Shown piece after piece: positions 9,440-18,703 of a stretch of 64,000 bases of DNA (within the stretch, counting starts at the first letter, position 1; each line of letters opens with the position of its first letter). A model generated the notes under the pieces. The model saw nothing but the letters and a program-made list of their open reading frames with translations, did not search any database and was not told the origin of the DNA. The stretch covers positions 72,818 through 136,817 of the forward strand of contig CAJQIG010000001.1 in NCBI GenBank assembly GCA_905478415.1, in the 5' to 3' direction. The position numbers and the translations under genes are program-made. The stretch comes from an uncultured Patescibacteria group bacterium. Lineage in GTDB: Bacteria; Patescibacteriota; Microgenomatia; UBA1400; PJMF01.

Positions 9440-10402
9440 TTACTCTAGGTAGAATACTTCTTCATGTAATTCTACATCAAATTCCTTTTTTACTCGATCT
9501 TTAACAGTTCTGATCAAAGTTTTGACATCTTGGCTTGTTCCAGTCCCATCATTTTCAAACCAAGCAGCATGTTTAGTACTAACCTGGATCCCACCTATTT
9601 TTGTTCCTTTTAGATGTGCTTGATCAATAATGTATCCGCCTGGCACATAGGGTTTTTCTGCAAAATCTGGAAATTGTTTTTGAAGTTTTGGAGTGTTTGG
9701 GACGTTTTGAAAGATACACCCCGAACTTGGAATACCCAGTGGTTGTGTTTTAGCGCGGTACTGTGTGGCATGAGCAATTTTAGTTAGTGATGACTCTTTG
9801 TCGCCCTTTTTAAGTTTAAAGATGACTTCGAGGATAATTTCATTTGAGTTTTGAAAGCGAGAGTGTTCGTACGCGAATGCACAGTCTTCAGCTTTAACCC
9901 AGTGATCAGTTCCATCTTTTGAAAGTACATGAACACTTTCAACATGCGTGCCGATTAAATCAGTAAGGTAGTGAGCATTGTTGTAAATTGCACCACCCAG
10001 TGTTCCTGGAACACCTAGAAAATATTCTAGGCCAGTTGCTCCTGCAGAGACGGTTTGTGATACAAGAGCAGCCATTTTGATACCTGCCCCGGCTTGTATA
10101 AATATACATGAATCATCTTTTTCATCAAGAACTTTGAATGTATCAATGGTGACAAAGAGGAGCAATCCTCTGACTCCATCATCAGAAATAATGACATTGC
10201 TGGCACCTCCAAGGATGGTAACGGGAATAGCTTCGTTGGTACAAAAGGTAATTACATCTTTGATGGTGTTAACATCTGTAGCTTGCAGAAGGGCTTCAGC
10301 TGGTCCTCCAATTTTCATGTAGGTGCGAGGTGCTAGAGGAACATCAAAGTTCCACTCTAAGTGGGGAAAGGTGGCTGAAAGTTTTGATTGTGTTGTGGTC
10401 AT
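9440..10402 (-). CDS. murB: UDP-N-acetylenolpyruvoylglucosamine reductase MurB
   Basis: 320 aa with an FAD-binding N-terminal domain (KIGGPAEALL). Position between murA and murC fits. Confidence 0.8.
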   Translation of the reverse strand: MTTTQSKLSATFPHLEWNFDVPLAPRTYMKIGGPAEALLQATDVNTIKDVITFCTNEAIPVTILGGASNVIISDDGVRGLLLFVTIDTFKVLDEKDDSCIFIQAGAGIKMAALVSQTVSAGATGLEYFLGVPGTLGGAIYNNAHYLTDLIGTHVESVHVLSKDGTDHWVKAEDCAFAYEHSRFQNSNEIILEVIFKLKKGDKESSLTKIAHATQYRAKTQPLGIPSSGCIFQNVPNTPKLQKQFPDFAEKPYVPGGYIIDQAHLKGTKIGGIQVSTKHAAWFENDGTGTSQDVKTLIRTVKDRVKKEFDVELHEEVFYLE

Positions 10403-11829
10403 ATAAGGTCATGGACTTTGTATATGTCCCCTGCTCCTACAGTAAGTACAATACTCTTAGGCTCAGTATTTTTGGAGAGATAGGTAGCCAAATCTTGGTA
10501 GCTGGCAAGAACGGGAATAACTTTTTGAGTTTCTTTGGTGACGCCATCGGCAATACTCTGACTTGAAACAGTAGGATCAAGATTTTCTCTGGCGGAAGCA
10601 AAGATATCTAAGAGAATAAGGTTGGGAGCTGTAGCTAAGGCAGAAACAAATTCCGGGAGTAGTGTTTTTGTTCGAGAGAAAGTATGAGGTTGAAAAGCAA
10701 CATATAGCTTATGGTTTGGGTACCAATGAGTGAGAGCAGAAATCACCGCAGATAATTCTGATGGATGATGTGCATAGTCATCATAGTAGATTACTCCATT
10801 CTTCGTGCCCTTTGCTTCAAATCGTCGTTGGGTAGAGCTAAAAGAAGCCAGAGCCTCTATTGCACTGTTGAGATCAATTCCAAGTGCATCACAAGCTGCA
10901 AGAGCGGCGACAGCATTTTCCACATTGTACCTACCTGGTACAGCTAAAGTGAGTTCATAGCGTTCTTGGTTAGTAATGAGCGTTGCTTTGGTAATTCCAG
11001 AATGAGATGCTTCTTCGTCGTAGACAAAGAGATAATCACACTCACCCACAGAGCCAAAGGTTACTACCGTTTCCGCAGAGTGTTTGGCAAGTAGTGGGAG
11101 ATCTTTGTGATTTAGGATCAGTGTTCCACCAGGCTTAATTGCAGAAAAGAACTCAGTGAAGGCTTTTTTAGTTTCATCAAAAGAAGCATAGACATCAGGG
11201 TGATCATACATAAGGTTTGTACAAATAGTACAGAATGGTTGGAGATACGAAAATCGTGGGATTGGTGCTCCCCCCTTTTTAACTTCTTGAGGGTTCGTGA
11301 CATATTCATCAGCTTCTGCAATACAGTAATCACTTGAGGGATTCCATGAACCTGTTTTTTCGAGTCCAAGTATACTGCCAACACCAACAGAGAAACTAGG
11401 TTGTTTACCTAGTTTTGAAAAGATCCAAGTGAGCATGGCACTAACGGTGGATTTTCCACCAACGCCACAGACAGCAATGCCTCGTTGGGCATTGAAGAAC
11501 TTCGCAAGAGCTTCTGCCTGCGATAGAGTCGGAATAGCAGCCTGAGTTGCAGCCAAAACCTGTGGATTATCAGCACCTTCGTGTGCAGCTGTGTAGATCA
11601 CACAGTCAACACTTTTTGGCATTGGAGTTTCGAAATTAGTATCGATGGAAATCTGATTTGAGTCGAGAATTTTTTGGGTTACGAATGATTCTGGAACATC
11701 ACTGCCACTGACTTTTTTACCAAGATCCAAGAGCATTTGAGCAATTGAAGTCATTGCTACTCCCTTGATACCGACCAAGTAAAAGTGGGAATAGGGTGAA
11801 AAGGGATCTGGTGTCTTTTCAAGTGTCAT
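10399..11829 (-). CDS. murC: UDP-N-acetylmuramate--L-alanine ligase MurC
   Basis: 476 aa. The N-terminal domain HFYLVGIKGVAMTSIAQML is MurC-type, followed by the Mur-ligase P-loop GVGGKST. Confidence 0.85.
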   Translation of the reverse strand: MTLEKTPDPFSPYSHFYLVGIKGVAMTSIAQMLLDLGKKVSGSDVPESFVTQKILDSNQISIDTNFETPMPKSVDCVIYTAAHEGADNPQVLAATQAAIPTLSQAEALAKFFNAQRGIAVCGVGGKSTVSAMLTWIFSKLGKQPSFSVGVGSILGLEKTGSWNPSSDYCIAEADEYVTNPQEVKKGGAPIPRFSYLQPFCTICTNLMYDHPDVYASFDETKKAFTEFFSAIKPGGTLILNHKDLPLLAKHSAETVVTFGSVGECDYLFVYDEEASHSGITKATLITNQERYELTLAVPGRYNVENAVAALAACDALGIDLNSAIEALASFSSTQRRFEAKGTKNGVIYYDDYAHHPSELSAVISALTHWYPNHKLYVAFQPHTFSRTKTLLPEFVSALATAPNLILLDIFASARENLDPTVSSQSIADGVTKETQKVIPVLASYQDLATYLSKNTEPKSIVLTVGAGDIYKVHDLI

Positions 11830-12806
11830 GAGGCAACAATCTTTTCAAGTATTCGTGCTAATTTTTCATGATCATGTCTGAGAAGTGAACGGTATGAAGT
11901 GTCATATTTCTTTTTGTATTCAAGAGCATCATTGATAAGTGGTGTGCGAATAACTTTATTTTCACTACCTAAGTCATCAACAACAGGAAATTCTTGAACA
12001 CTGGCATAGAGTTTTTCTGCTTCAGTTGGAATTGTTTCTGAGTTGACAATGACAGCAGAGACTTCTCTGCCAAGTGCTCCCTCAATCTTTGTAACATGGT
12101 TTTGAGCTGTCATTCCATGTGTTTGAGTTAAACGAGTCATCAGATTCATGACGTACACAACTTTACCGGAGAGTGTAGCAAAGATTGACTTTGTTTCTGG
12201 CAGTACTAGCGTTGCCATTAGACTGGCATAAAAATCACCAGGACCGATAATAATGATGTCTGCTTCTTCGAGAGCAATTTTAGCTTTAGGGTTAATATGA
12301 CACTCGGGTATCAACTTAACTTGATCGATCGTGATTGGTTGTTCAACATCTTCATCTAAAGTGTGTTCACCAATAACAGTGGTGCCGTCACTATATGAAA
12401 TTTCTAGATCGACAAATTGTTCTGTGACGGGGATGACAGTCCCACTGAGGTTGAAAATCTTTTCGGCAATTTCTAATGATTCGGTAGTACTTCCAGTCAT
12501 ATCTTGGAGTGCAGTTAAAATGAGGTTGCCAAGATTGTGGCCTTTGAGTCCATTGCCTTTAGCAAACCGATATAAAAGAATTTTTTGAATCCATGGTTGT
12601 CCTTGCACATCTGCGAGTGCAGCTAGAGACTGACGTAAATCACCCACTGGTTGAAAACCAAACTCATCTCTAATGCGACCAGTAGAACCTCCAGAATCTG
12701 AGACAGCAATGACCGTTGAAATATCCCAATTAAGTTTTTTGAGCGCAGAAACTACTGCAAACGTGCCAGTTCCACCACCCATGACGACGGCTTTTGGTAT
12801 TTTCAT
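11826..12806 (-). CDS. yvcK: YvcK/CofD-family (UPF0052, gluconeogenesis factor-like) protein
   Basis: 326 aa. The N-terminal VVMGGGTGTFAVVSAL glycine loop is characteristic of the YvcK/2-phospho-L-lactate transferase family. Translationally coupled to murC (ATGA overlap). Confidence 0.7.
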   Translation of the reverse strand: MKIPKAVVMGGGTGTFAVVSALKKLNWDISTVIAVSDSGGSTGRIRDEFGFQPVGDLRQSLAALADVQGQPWIQKILLYRFAKGNGLKGHNLGNLILTALQDMTGSTTESLEIAEKIFNLSGTVIPVTEQFVDLEISYSDGTTVIGEHTLDEDVEQPITIDQVKLIPECHINPKAKIALEEADIIIIGPGDFYASLMATLVLPETKSIFATLSGKVVYVMNLMTRLTQTHGMTAQNHVTKIEGALGREVSAVIVNSETIPTEAEKLYASVQEFPVVDDLGSENKVIRTPLINDALEYKKKYDTSYRSLLRHDHEKLARILEKIVAS

Positions 12807-14029
12807 TACGAGAGACTTTCTAAAGCAGCTTTGGTATCACTCCATGGATACTCGGTGGTGCCGAAACACATACTCTTTTCGTGGCCTTTACCAAAGATGG
12901 CGACCACGTCACCAGTCTTAGCTTCTTTTTTGATGGCAAATTCGATAGCTTCCCTGCGATCAGCAATAGAAATAATTTTATTGTGTCCTTCGGTAAGTTG
13001 CTCCTTCATCTGTCTAATAATACTCCAAACATCTTCTGTTCGAGGGTCTTCGGCAGTTAAAATAACCAGATCTGCATGGGTAACTCCAATTTTTCCCATA
13101 ATCGGGCGCTTTGCTTGATCTCTGAGGCCAGCAGCTCCGTAGACGGCAATGAGTCGTCCAGTCAGCTTTTTTTTCTTCATGTGATCTCTGAGGGCTGTAA
13201 GGGCACTTTCAAGTCCCTGTGGAGTATGTGCAAAGTCGACAACGACTTCAAATCGCTTCTTGCTTGGGATAAATTCCATTCGGCCTGGAATTCCCGGGAA
13301 TGAGCGGATAGCAGAACAGAATTCGGTATCTGATACGTCTGCGAGTTGTGCCATTTTATAGACAAGCCGAGCATTTTGTTGATTATAGTGTTCGGGGAAT
13401 CGTTGACTAATAGCTGACTTAACTTTAGTTGGCATTTTCATGTCTGCGTTGTATTGTTGTACGGTTGCTTCGATTGGAAGATACTTTTTAACTTTGTGAA
13501 ATGACATATCATCTCCATTGAGGATAACGGTATGAGCAAGGCTCAGTAACTCACTTTTAGCTTTGAGGTACTCTGTGTAGGTGACGTGATAATCAAGGTG
13601 TTCGTGAGAAATGTTTGTCAAGCCAGCAACAGTTGGGTTGACTCCCCAAGTTCGGTATTGATACACACCGTGTGAGGTAACTTCGAGGATTAGGTGTGTA
13701 TACCCCTTTTGCACCATCATATGCATAAATTTTTGCAAGTCTTGGGGTTGAGGAGAAGTTACATGAAAGCCAGTATCTATTTCTTTGTTACCAAGATACG
13801 CAGCTACGGTAGTTAATAATGCAACCTTATGCCCATGCTCTTTGAGTGCATGGTACAGCATGGTTGATGAAGTAGTTTTACCATCTGTTCCAGTAATTGT
13901 AAAAATGGTAAGTTTTCTTGCTGGAAATCCATACCTAATTTGGGCAGTCAGGCCCTTAAGGATACCGGTTTTGAGGTAGTGATATGGTCGTTTGAGTTTG
14001 TAGAGGGCTAAACGTAACATGTGTTCCAT
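12806..14029 (-). CDS. murE: Mur ligase family protein, MurE-like, lacking the usual N-terminal UDP-binding domain
   Basis: 407 aa with the P-loop ITGTDGKTT about 45 aa from the N-terminus, the central motif NISHEHLDYHVTYTEY and the C-terminal GKGHE motif. It occupies the murE position after ftsI. The specific amino-acid-adding activity is not certain. Confidence 0.6.
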   Translation of the reverse strand: MEHMLRLALYKLKRPYHYLKTGILKGLTAQIRYGFPARKLTIFTITGTDGKTTSSTMLYHALKEHGHKVALLTTVAAYLGNKEIDTGFHVTSPQPQDLQKFMHMMVQKGYTHLILEVTSHGVYQYRTWGVNPTVAGLTNISHEHLDYHVTYTEYLKAKSELLSLAHTVILNGDDMSFHKVKKYLPIEATVQQYNADMKMPTKVKSAISQRFPEHYNQQNARLVYKMAQLADVSDTEFCSAIRSFPGIPGRMEFIPSKKRFEVVVDFAHTPQGLESALTALRDHMKKKKLTGRLIAVYGAAGLRDQAKRPIMGKIGVTHADLVILTAEDPRTEDVWSIIRQMKEQLTEGHNKIISIADRREAIEFAIKKEAKTGDVVAIFGKGHEKSMCFGTTEYPWSDTKAALESLS

Positions 14030-14080
14030 TATATAGTTTTTATTGCAAATAGTCAGGCATGATTCTGTTTGTTATGGTTG

Positions 14081-15865
14081 TCATTCAATAGGCCGTTCTT
14101 CATACATATTGGGCGGTACTTGTAACAATAAGAGTAAGTTATCAGCAATAGTGTACCAGAGCGGAGCTGCTGTTTCGGCTGCCCATGGTGAAGATGTCGG
14201 TTCAGTCAATTTAACAAACATGATGAAGGCTGGATTGTGTGCTGGAGCAAAACCAATGAAACTGGCAATAGTTTTATCTTCCTCGTACCCCCCACTGGGA
14301 GATGGAACTTGTGAAGTGCCTGTTTTTCCGGCTACCGAGTACGAATTTCTAGCTGCCCACTGTGCTTCTCCACTGTGAGCAGAAGTGATCATCATATCTA
14401 CGACTGTTTGTGCAGCTTTGGGAGAGATAACTTGTCCCTCCTCTATTGGTTCAATGATTGTTTCTTGATGGTGTTCATCGACAACTTTTTCAATAATCGA
14501 GGGTCGCATCATCATCCCCTGATTAGCAATGGTATTGATGGCTCTGAGTAACTGCATGCTTGTGGTACTAATTCCTTGTCCAAAAGAAATTGTCGCTAAT
14601 TCGACTGGTCCAAATTTTTCTGGAAAGGGAGTGGTAGTATCTTCTTGCAGGTCAATTCCAATCTCTTCTCCAATTTTAAATTTTTTGAGATACTCTTCGA
14701 AGGTTTTAGCGCCAAGTTGTTCTGCTATAAAAATCATGGCAGTATTGTCTGATTTAGCTAAGGCATCTTCCATGGTGATGTTGGGGTTATAAACATCATT
14801 CCAGGTTCTGATGGTGTACTTGCCAAAGGTTCTCGGTCCTGCGCAGCTAGGACAGGTCGTATCAGGTTTAATTTTGTTGCTGTCAATGCCAGCTGCCACA
14901 GTCAGAACTTTGAAGGTTGAACCAGGCTCATAGCCTGAGACAATACTGGGATTTTTATAGAGGACTGCATCGAACTTTGAAAAATCTGCCGGATTGTAGT
15001 TGGGAAGTGCGACCATCCCCAGAATTCTTCCCGTTTTGGGTTCCATTACAATAATTTCTCCTTGTTTGGCTCCGTACTGCTTCATGGCTTTTTCGAGTTG
15101 TGAGTAGAGCAAAAATTGAACGTCCCGACGAATAGTTGTCGTAATGGAACGACCATCAAGGACTTTGGTTGATTTTAACTGAGAGCCAAGTAGTTTTTGT
15201 CCTAATGCATCAGCTAAAATAGTGGAAGTACTACTGCGAGCAGATAGCTCCTTATTGAGTGCTCCTTCAATGCCAAAATATCCGGTGTCTTCTCCAACAT
15301 TATTTTTACCAACGAAGCCTGTGAGGGTAGCCGCGATTGATGCTTCTGGATACCAACGCTGATCATACGCGTCAAAGCCAAGTGCAAAGAGACCTAGAGC
15401 CTCAATTTTTTCTTTCGTTTCTTTGCTGACTGGTTGAAATAAAGAGACCCAGTTTTTACTTGTATCTGCGAGTTTAGTTTCAAGTTGTAGTAAAAGTTTT
15501 TCTTCAATTTCTTTTGTTTCGGCTGAAATGGTTGAGACCTCAATCTCTTGGCTGAGTATAGGAGTGAGTAGAGCTGCAATTTGTTGAGCTGGTAGAGTTA
15601 CGAGCTTCGGTTGGGCAAAAAGTCGATAGACTTCCTGATTAGCAACTAAAGGATAGTTGTCAGCAGTAAAAATAAGCCCGCGGGTTCCAGTCTCGGAGAC
15701 TGAGCGTTGGTATTGATTTTGGGCTGCTTTTTGTAAAGTAGCAGCTTGTACGACTTGCCAATAAAACAGACGTATGAGAACTCCTAGAAAACCAATACTG
15801 AGAATACTAAAAAGAACACGAGCTCTTGTTTGAGGTAAAGTCTGATCATCGTTGTTTTTTCTCAT
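14081..15865 (-). CDS. ftsI: Class B penicillin-binding protein (FtsI/PBP transpeptidase)
   Basis: 594 aa with an N-terminal membrane anchor and the transpeptidase motifs SxxK (GSTFK), SxN (SDN) and KTG (AGKTGTS). Confidence 0.9.
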   Translation of the reverse strand: MRKNNDDQTLPQTRARVLFSILSIGFLGVLIRLFYWQVVQAATLQKAAQNQYQRSVSETGTRGLIFTADNYPLVANQEVYRLFAQPKLVTLPAQQIAALLTPILSQEIEVSTISAETKEIEEKLLLQLETKLADTSKNWVSLFQPVSKETKEKIEALGLFALGFDAYDQRWYPEASIAATLTGFVGKNNVGEDTGYFGIEGALNKELSARSSTSTILADALGQKLLGSQLKSTKVLDGRSITTTIRRDVQFLLYSQLEKAMKQYGAKQGEIIVMEPKTGRILGMVALPNYNPADFSKFDAVLYKNPSIVSGYEPGSTFKVLTVAAGIDSNKIKPDTTCPSCAGPRTFGKYTIRTWNDVYNPNITMEDALAKSDNTAMIFIAEQLGAKTFEEYLKKFKIGEEIGIDLQEDTTTPFPEKFGPVELATISFGQGISTTSMQLLRAINTIANQGMMMRPSIIEKVVDEHHQETIIEPIEEGQVISPKAAQTVVDMMITSAHSGEAQWAARNSYSVAGKTGTSQVPSPSGGYEEDKTIASFIGFAPAHNPAFIMFVKLTEPTSSPWAAETAAPLWYTIADNLLLLLQVPPNMYEERPIE

Positions 15866-15915
15866 GATGTACCAGTTGTTGTAACATACCTAGCTGTTGG
15901 AGTGAAGCGGTTTTC

Positions 15916-16206
15916 CTAAATTCCCGAGTAAGCCACTGTTTTTGTTGTATCAATAAAGAGTGGAGAAGAAATTTTTACGAAAGATTCGATTTCTTCAGAA
16001 CTACTCAAAGTAGAGAGTGAAGACTCCTGAGCAATTTGACTGAGTAATAGCTGTTTTTGTTGATGAAGGTCACGGTTTTGAGTTTCAATTTGAGCAATTT
16101 TTTTACCATGATGTACAACTAAACTACCTTGAATCACGGTAGCTACAATTTGAAGTGCTAAGACACTCAATAGGGTGATGTAGTAAGTAGTGATTTTTTT
16201 ATTCAT
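15916..16206 (-). CDS. ftsL: FtsL-like small bitopic cell division protein
   Basis: 96 aa with a single transmembrane helix followed by a coiled-coil-like segment. It lies between rsmH and ftsI, the canonical ftsL slot. Confidence 0.5.
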   Translation of the reverse strand: MNKKITTYYITLLSVLALQIVATVIQGSLVVHHGKKIAQIETQNRDLHQQKQLLLSQIAQESSLSTLSSSEEIESFVKISSPLFIDTTKTVAYSGI

Positions 16207-17096
16207 TATATTTTTCTAAGGGCGCGAAGTTTAGCGCTCCGAGAACGTTTGTTCTCTGTGATTTCTGTTTCAGTTGGTTGTAGTGGTTTTTTAGTAATAC
16301 TTTCGGCAAGTTTATTGTTTTCCCAAGATTTAAATTGATGTTTTACAATTCTGTCTTCTCCATCATGGAAGGCGATGGTGACTATGATTCCGTTTTTCTC
16401 TAAAATGCTGAATGCAGCAGGAAGGGCTTGTCCGATTTCATCGAGTTCACTGTTAACAGCAATTCTGAGAGCTTGAAAAACCTTTGTAGCCGGGTGGATC
16501 CCTGGGCGAACTCTTCGTTTGATCGAAGAGATTAAGGAAGCTAGCTGACCAGTTGTTGTGATTGGTTGACTTTGAGCTTTAATTGCTTTGGCAATTCCTT
16601 TTGCTTCTTCTTCACCTCCATAGTCTCTGAACAGCTCCACGAGTTGTTTTTCTGGAACAAGGATAAGAATATCTTTGGCAGTGACACCTAATCTGGTGTC
16701 CATGCGCATATCCAGATCTCCATCTCCTTCAAAACTAAAGCCTCGTTCTGCAGACATGAGTTGTGGGGTGCTCGTACCAAAGTCAAACAAAATGCCTGAA
16801 ATAGCTAATGCTTGATTGAGTTCCTGTCTCAGTTTGGTGAGTGCACGCTCGAGTTTTGAAAAGCTTTCGTGAATGAGTATCAGCTGACCTGCAGCAATCT
16901 CTTTTTGAAAGGTTTCTTTTCCATACTCAATGGCTTCATTATCCCAATCAAAAGCTACCACTTTTGCTCCAGCTTCTATGAGCTTTCTTGTGTGACCACC
17001 TCTACCAAAAGTGGCATCTATATACCAGTGATTTGGCTTGATTTTCAAGAGCTCAATGGCTTCGTGTAGTAAGACTGATATGTGTGTGTTATTCAT
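16206..17096 (-). CDS. rsmH: 16S rRNA (cytosine1402-N4)-methyltransferase RsmH/MraW
   Basis: 296 aa. The motif DATFGRGGHT matches the RsmH SAM-binding signature. Located immediately downstream of mraZ. Confidence 0.9.
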   Translation of the reverse strand: MNNTHISVLLHEAIELLKIKPNHWYIDATFGRGGHTRKLIEAGAKVVAFDWDNEAIEYGKETFQKEIAAGQLILIHESFSKLERALTKLRQELNQALAISGILFDFGTSTPQLMSAERGFSFEGDGDLDMRMDTRLGVTAKDILILVPEKQLVELFRDYGGEEEAKGIAKAIKAQSQPITTTGQLASLISSIKRRVRPGIHPATKVFQALRIAVNSELDEIGQALPAAFSILEKNGIIVTIAFHDGEDRIVKHQFKSWENNKLAESITKKPLQPTETEITENKRSRSAKLRALRKI

Positions 17097-17508
17097 CTAT
17101 GCTTTCAGCAATAGTTTCGGCTTTTTCCTCAAGAGACTCTACATACGAGTGGTAGGTATCTCGGTCCCAAATTTCAACGTAGTTGTAACTTCCAACGATA
17201 ACCACGCTTTTTTCAATATGAGCAAAGCTGGTCAAGTACTCGGGCAGTTGGACTCGACCATTTTTATCTGGAAGAACTTCTATGGCTTCATTGGTCATTA
17301 ACCGAATAAAGTCTCGATGTTTCTTTTTTGTAAAGGAGCGGGCTTCTAGTTTCTGAAGTTCTTCAGCAAATTTTTCTTTTTCGAATAAGAATAATCCACC
17401 ATCCATACCTCTTGTTAAAACCCAATCTGTCGATTGTGATCTAAAAGCCTTGGGAAGTGAGACTCTGCCTTTTTCTTCAACCGTATGATAATATTTACCA
17501 ATATACAT
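17089..17508 (-). CDS. mraZ: Transcriptional regulator MraZ
   Basis: MYIGKYYHTVEEKGRVSLP matches the MraZ N-terminus (MFxGxYxHxxDxKGRxxxP). The start was chosen at the second ATG (17508); the longer ORF starts at 17541. Confidence 0.85.
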   Translation of the reverse strand: MYIGKYYHTVEEKGRVSLPKAFRSQSTDWVLTRGMDGGLFLFEKEKFAEELQKLEARSFTKKKHRDFIRLMTNEAIEVLPDKNGRVQLPEYLTSFAHIEKSVVIVGSYNYVEIWDRDTYHSYVESLEEKAETIAESIDE

Positions 17509-17697
17509 TTTCTTATCAGACAGAATACCACTTTTTACCACTATCGAGATTAAGTATGACTCAACTCAAGTAACTTGTAAATACTAAGTTGACCCGAAAA
17601 CACTATCCCAATAGGTGATATTAAAAAAAACTATCCACATACATAAAATTGCTGTCTTGTTTTTTGTTTGTGGTCTAAACTAGAATTCTGAGTACAT

Positions 17698-17808
17698 ATG
17701 AAGAAGAAAAAAAAGATTCAAAAAGAGGTATCTTCTGAATCTGTATTTATAACCTATGGAGTTTTTGTTTTAGGGATTTCTGTAGTCTTATTGCTTTTAG
17801 CAAAATAA
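17698..17808 (+). CDS. Possible 36-aa small membrane peptide (MKKKKKIQKEVSSESVFITYGVFVLGISVVLLLLAK)
   Basis: ATG at 17698 with the stop at 17806-17808. Predicted to have one transmembrane helix. It lies in the 315-nt mraZ upstream region and is below the ORF-track cutoff, so the call is speculative. Confidence 0.2.
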   Translation: MKKKKKIQKEVSSESVFITYGVFVLGISVVLLLLAK

Positions 17809-17842
17809 AAAAAGCCTCCCTGTTTTCTAAGACAGAGAGGCT
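17801..17842 (-). terminator. Rho-independent terminator downstream of the 17857-18657 gene
   Basis: Hairpin AGCCTCCCTGT-loop-ACAGAGAGGCT (17813-17842, one mismatch) followed on the minus-strand RNA by UUUUUUUAUUUUG. Confidence 0.6.
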
Positions 17843-17856
17843 AGATAGTTGTAGTC

Positions 17857-18657
17857 TTATTTTGAAGTGACTACATAAGCCTCAAGCACATCTACTGTTG
17901 CGGTGGCAGATTTGCCATCGACAGTAGTTTCAAAGCTTTGCCACTCTGTTCCGTCCCATCCCATGATGGTGAGGTCACCTTCACTTCGAGCTCGGATAGT
18001 AAGTTCTGCTGTTCCTGAAAGGGATGCACTACTGGTGAGAGTATAGATTTCTGAAACCAGTGTTCCCTCTAGTTCCCCTGGGTATCCCGGTGAGTTATAA
18101 ATCACAAGTAACCTGTTTGTTGCTAAATCTTCAGACTTGATTTTGAAGAATGCATCTTTCGACCCAAACGTGGTTTCTTTATTAGTATTTTCAAAGTATT
18201 TCCAATCTGATTTGAGATCATACTTATTGCTTCCTTCAAAGAAAGCTCTGAGTTCTCCACCTTTAATATTTTCGTGGTAGGTACAAGAACCTCCTGCACT
18301 ACAGCTTCCCAGCAGAATTTTTTCACTAGCAGGTAGTGTACCTAGATCTATTTCACCAAAGGCACCTTGGACTAGAGTTCCAGTTTGGTACTCGAGTTCG
18401 TACTCAACTACTTCAGCTTCTTTTTTGACTTCACCAATAATGATGCTTAAGTTCCGGCTATCGACGGGATTGATGGTGATGTACGGACGCTCGGCCACTT
18501 CTATCGCATTATAGTTGCGAATTGTCGTTTTCTTTTTTGCTGTTGTTTCTTCAGCGACTTCAACAGGTTTTTGGGTTACCTTATAGATTCCAAAGGATAC
18601 TGCGAGTAGCACCAAAACACCGACAACGATGAGTGGCATGTTATTTTTCTTCTTCAT
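17857..18657 (-). CDS. Hypothetical secreted/membrane-anchored protein
   Basis: Start chosen at the internal ATG 18657 (MKKKNNMPLIVVGVLVLLAVSFGIY is a signal anchor). The longer ORF would overlap glyQS by 77 nt. The extracytoplasmic part has a CSAGGSC pair and no recognisable motifs. Confidence 0.5.
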   Translation of the reverse strand: MKKKNNMPLIVVGVLVLLAVSFGIYKVTQKPVEVAEETTAKKKTTIRNYNAIEVAERPYITINPVDSRNLSIIIGEVKKEAEVVEYELEYQTGTLVQGAFGEIDLGTLPASEKILLGSCSAGGSCTYHENIKGGELRAFFEGSNKYDLKSDWKYFENTNKETTFGSKDAFFKIKSEDLATNRLLVIYNSPGYPGELEGTLVSEIYTLTSSASLSGTAELTIRARSEGDLTIMGWDGTEWQSFETTVDGKSATATVDVLEAYVVTSK

Positions 18658-18703
18658 AGGTTCTTTCGTAATTTCTACCGAATGTTCAATGCGAGAACAC
18701 TCC

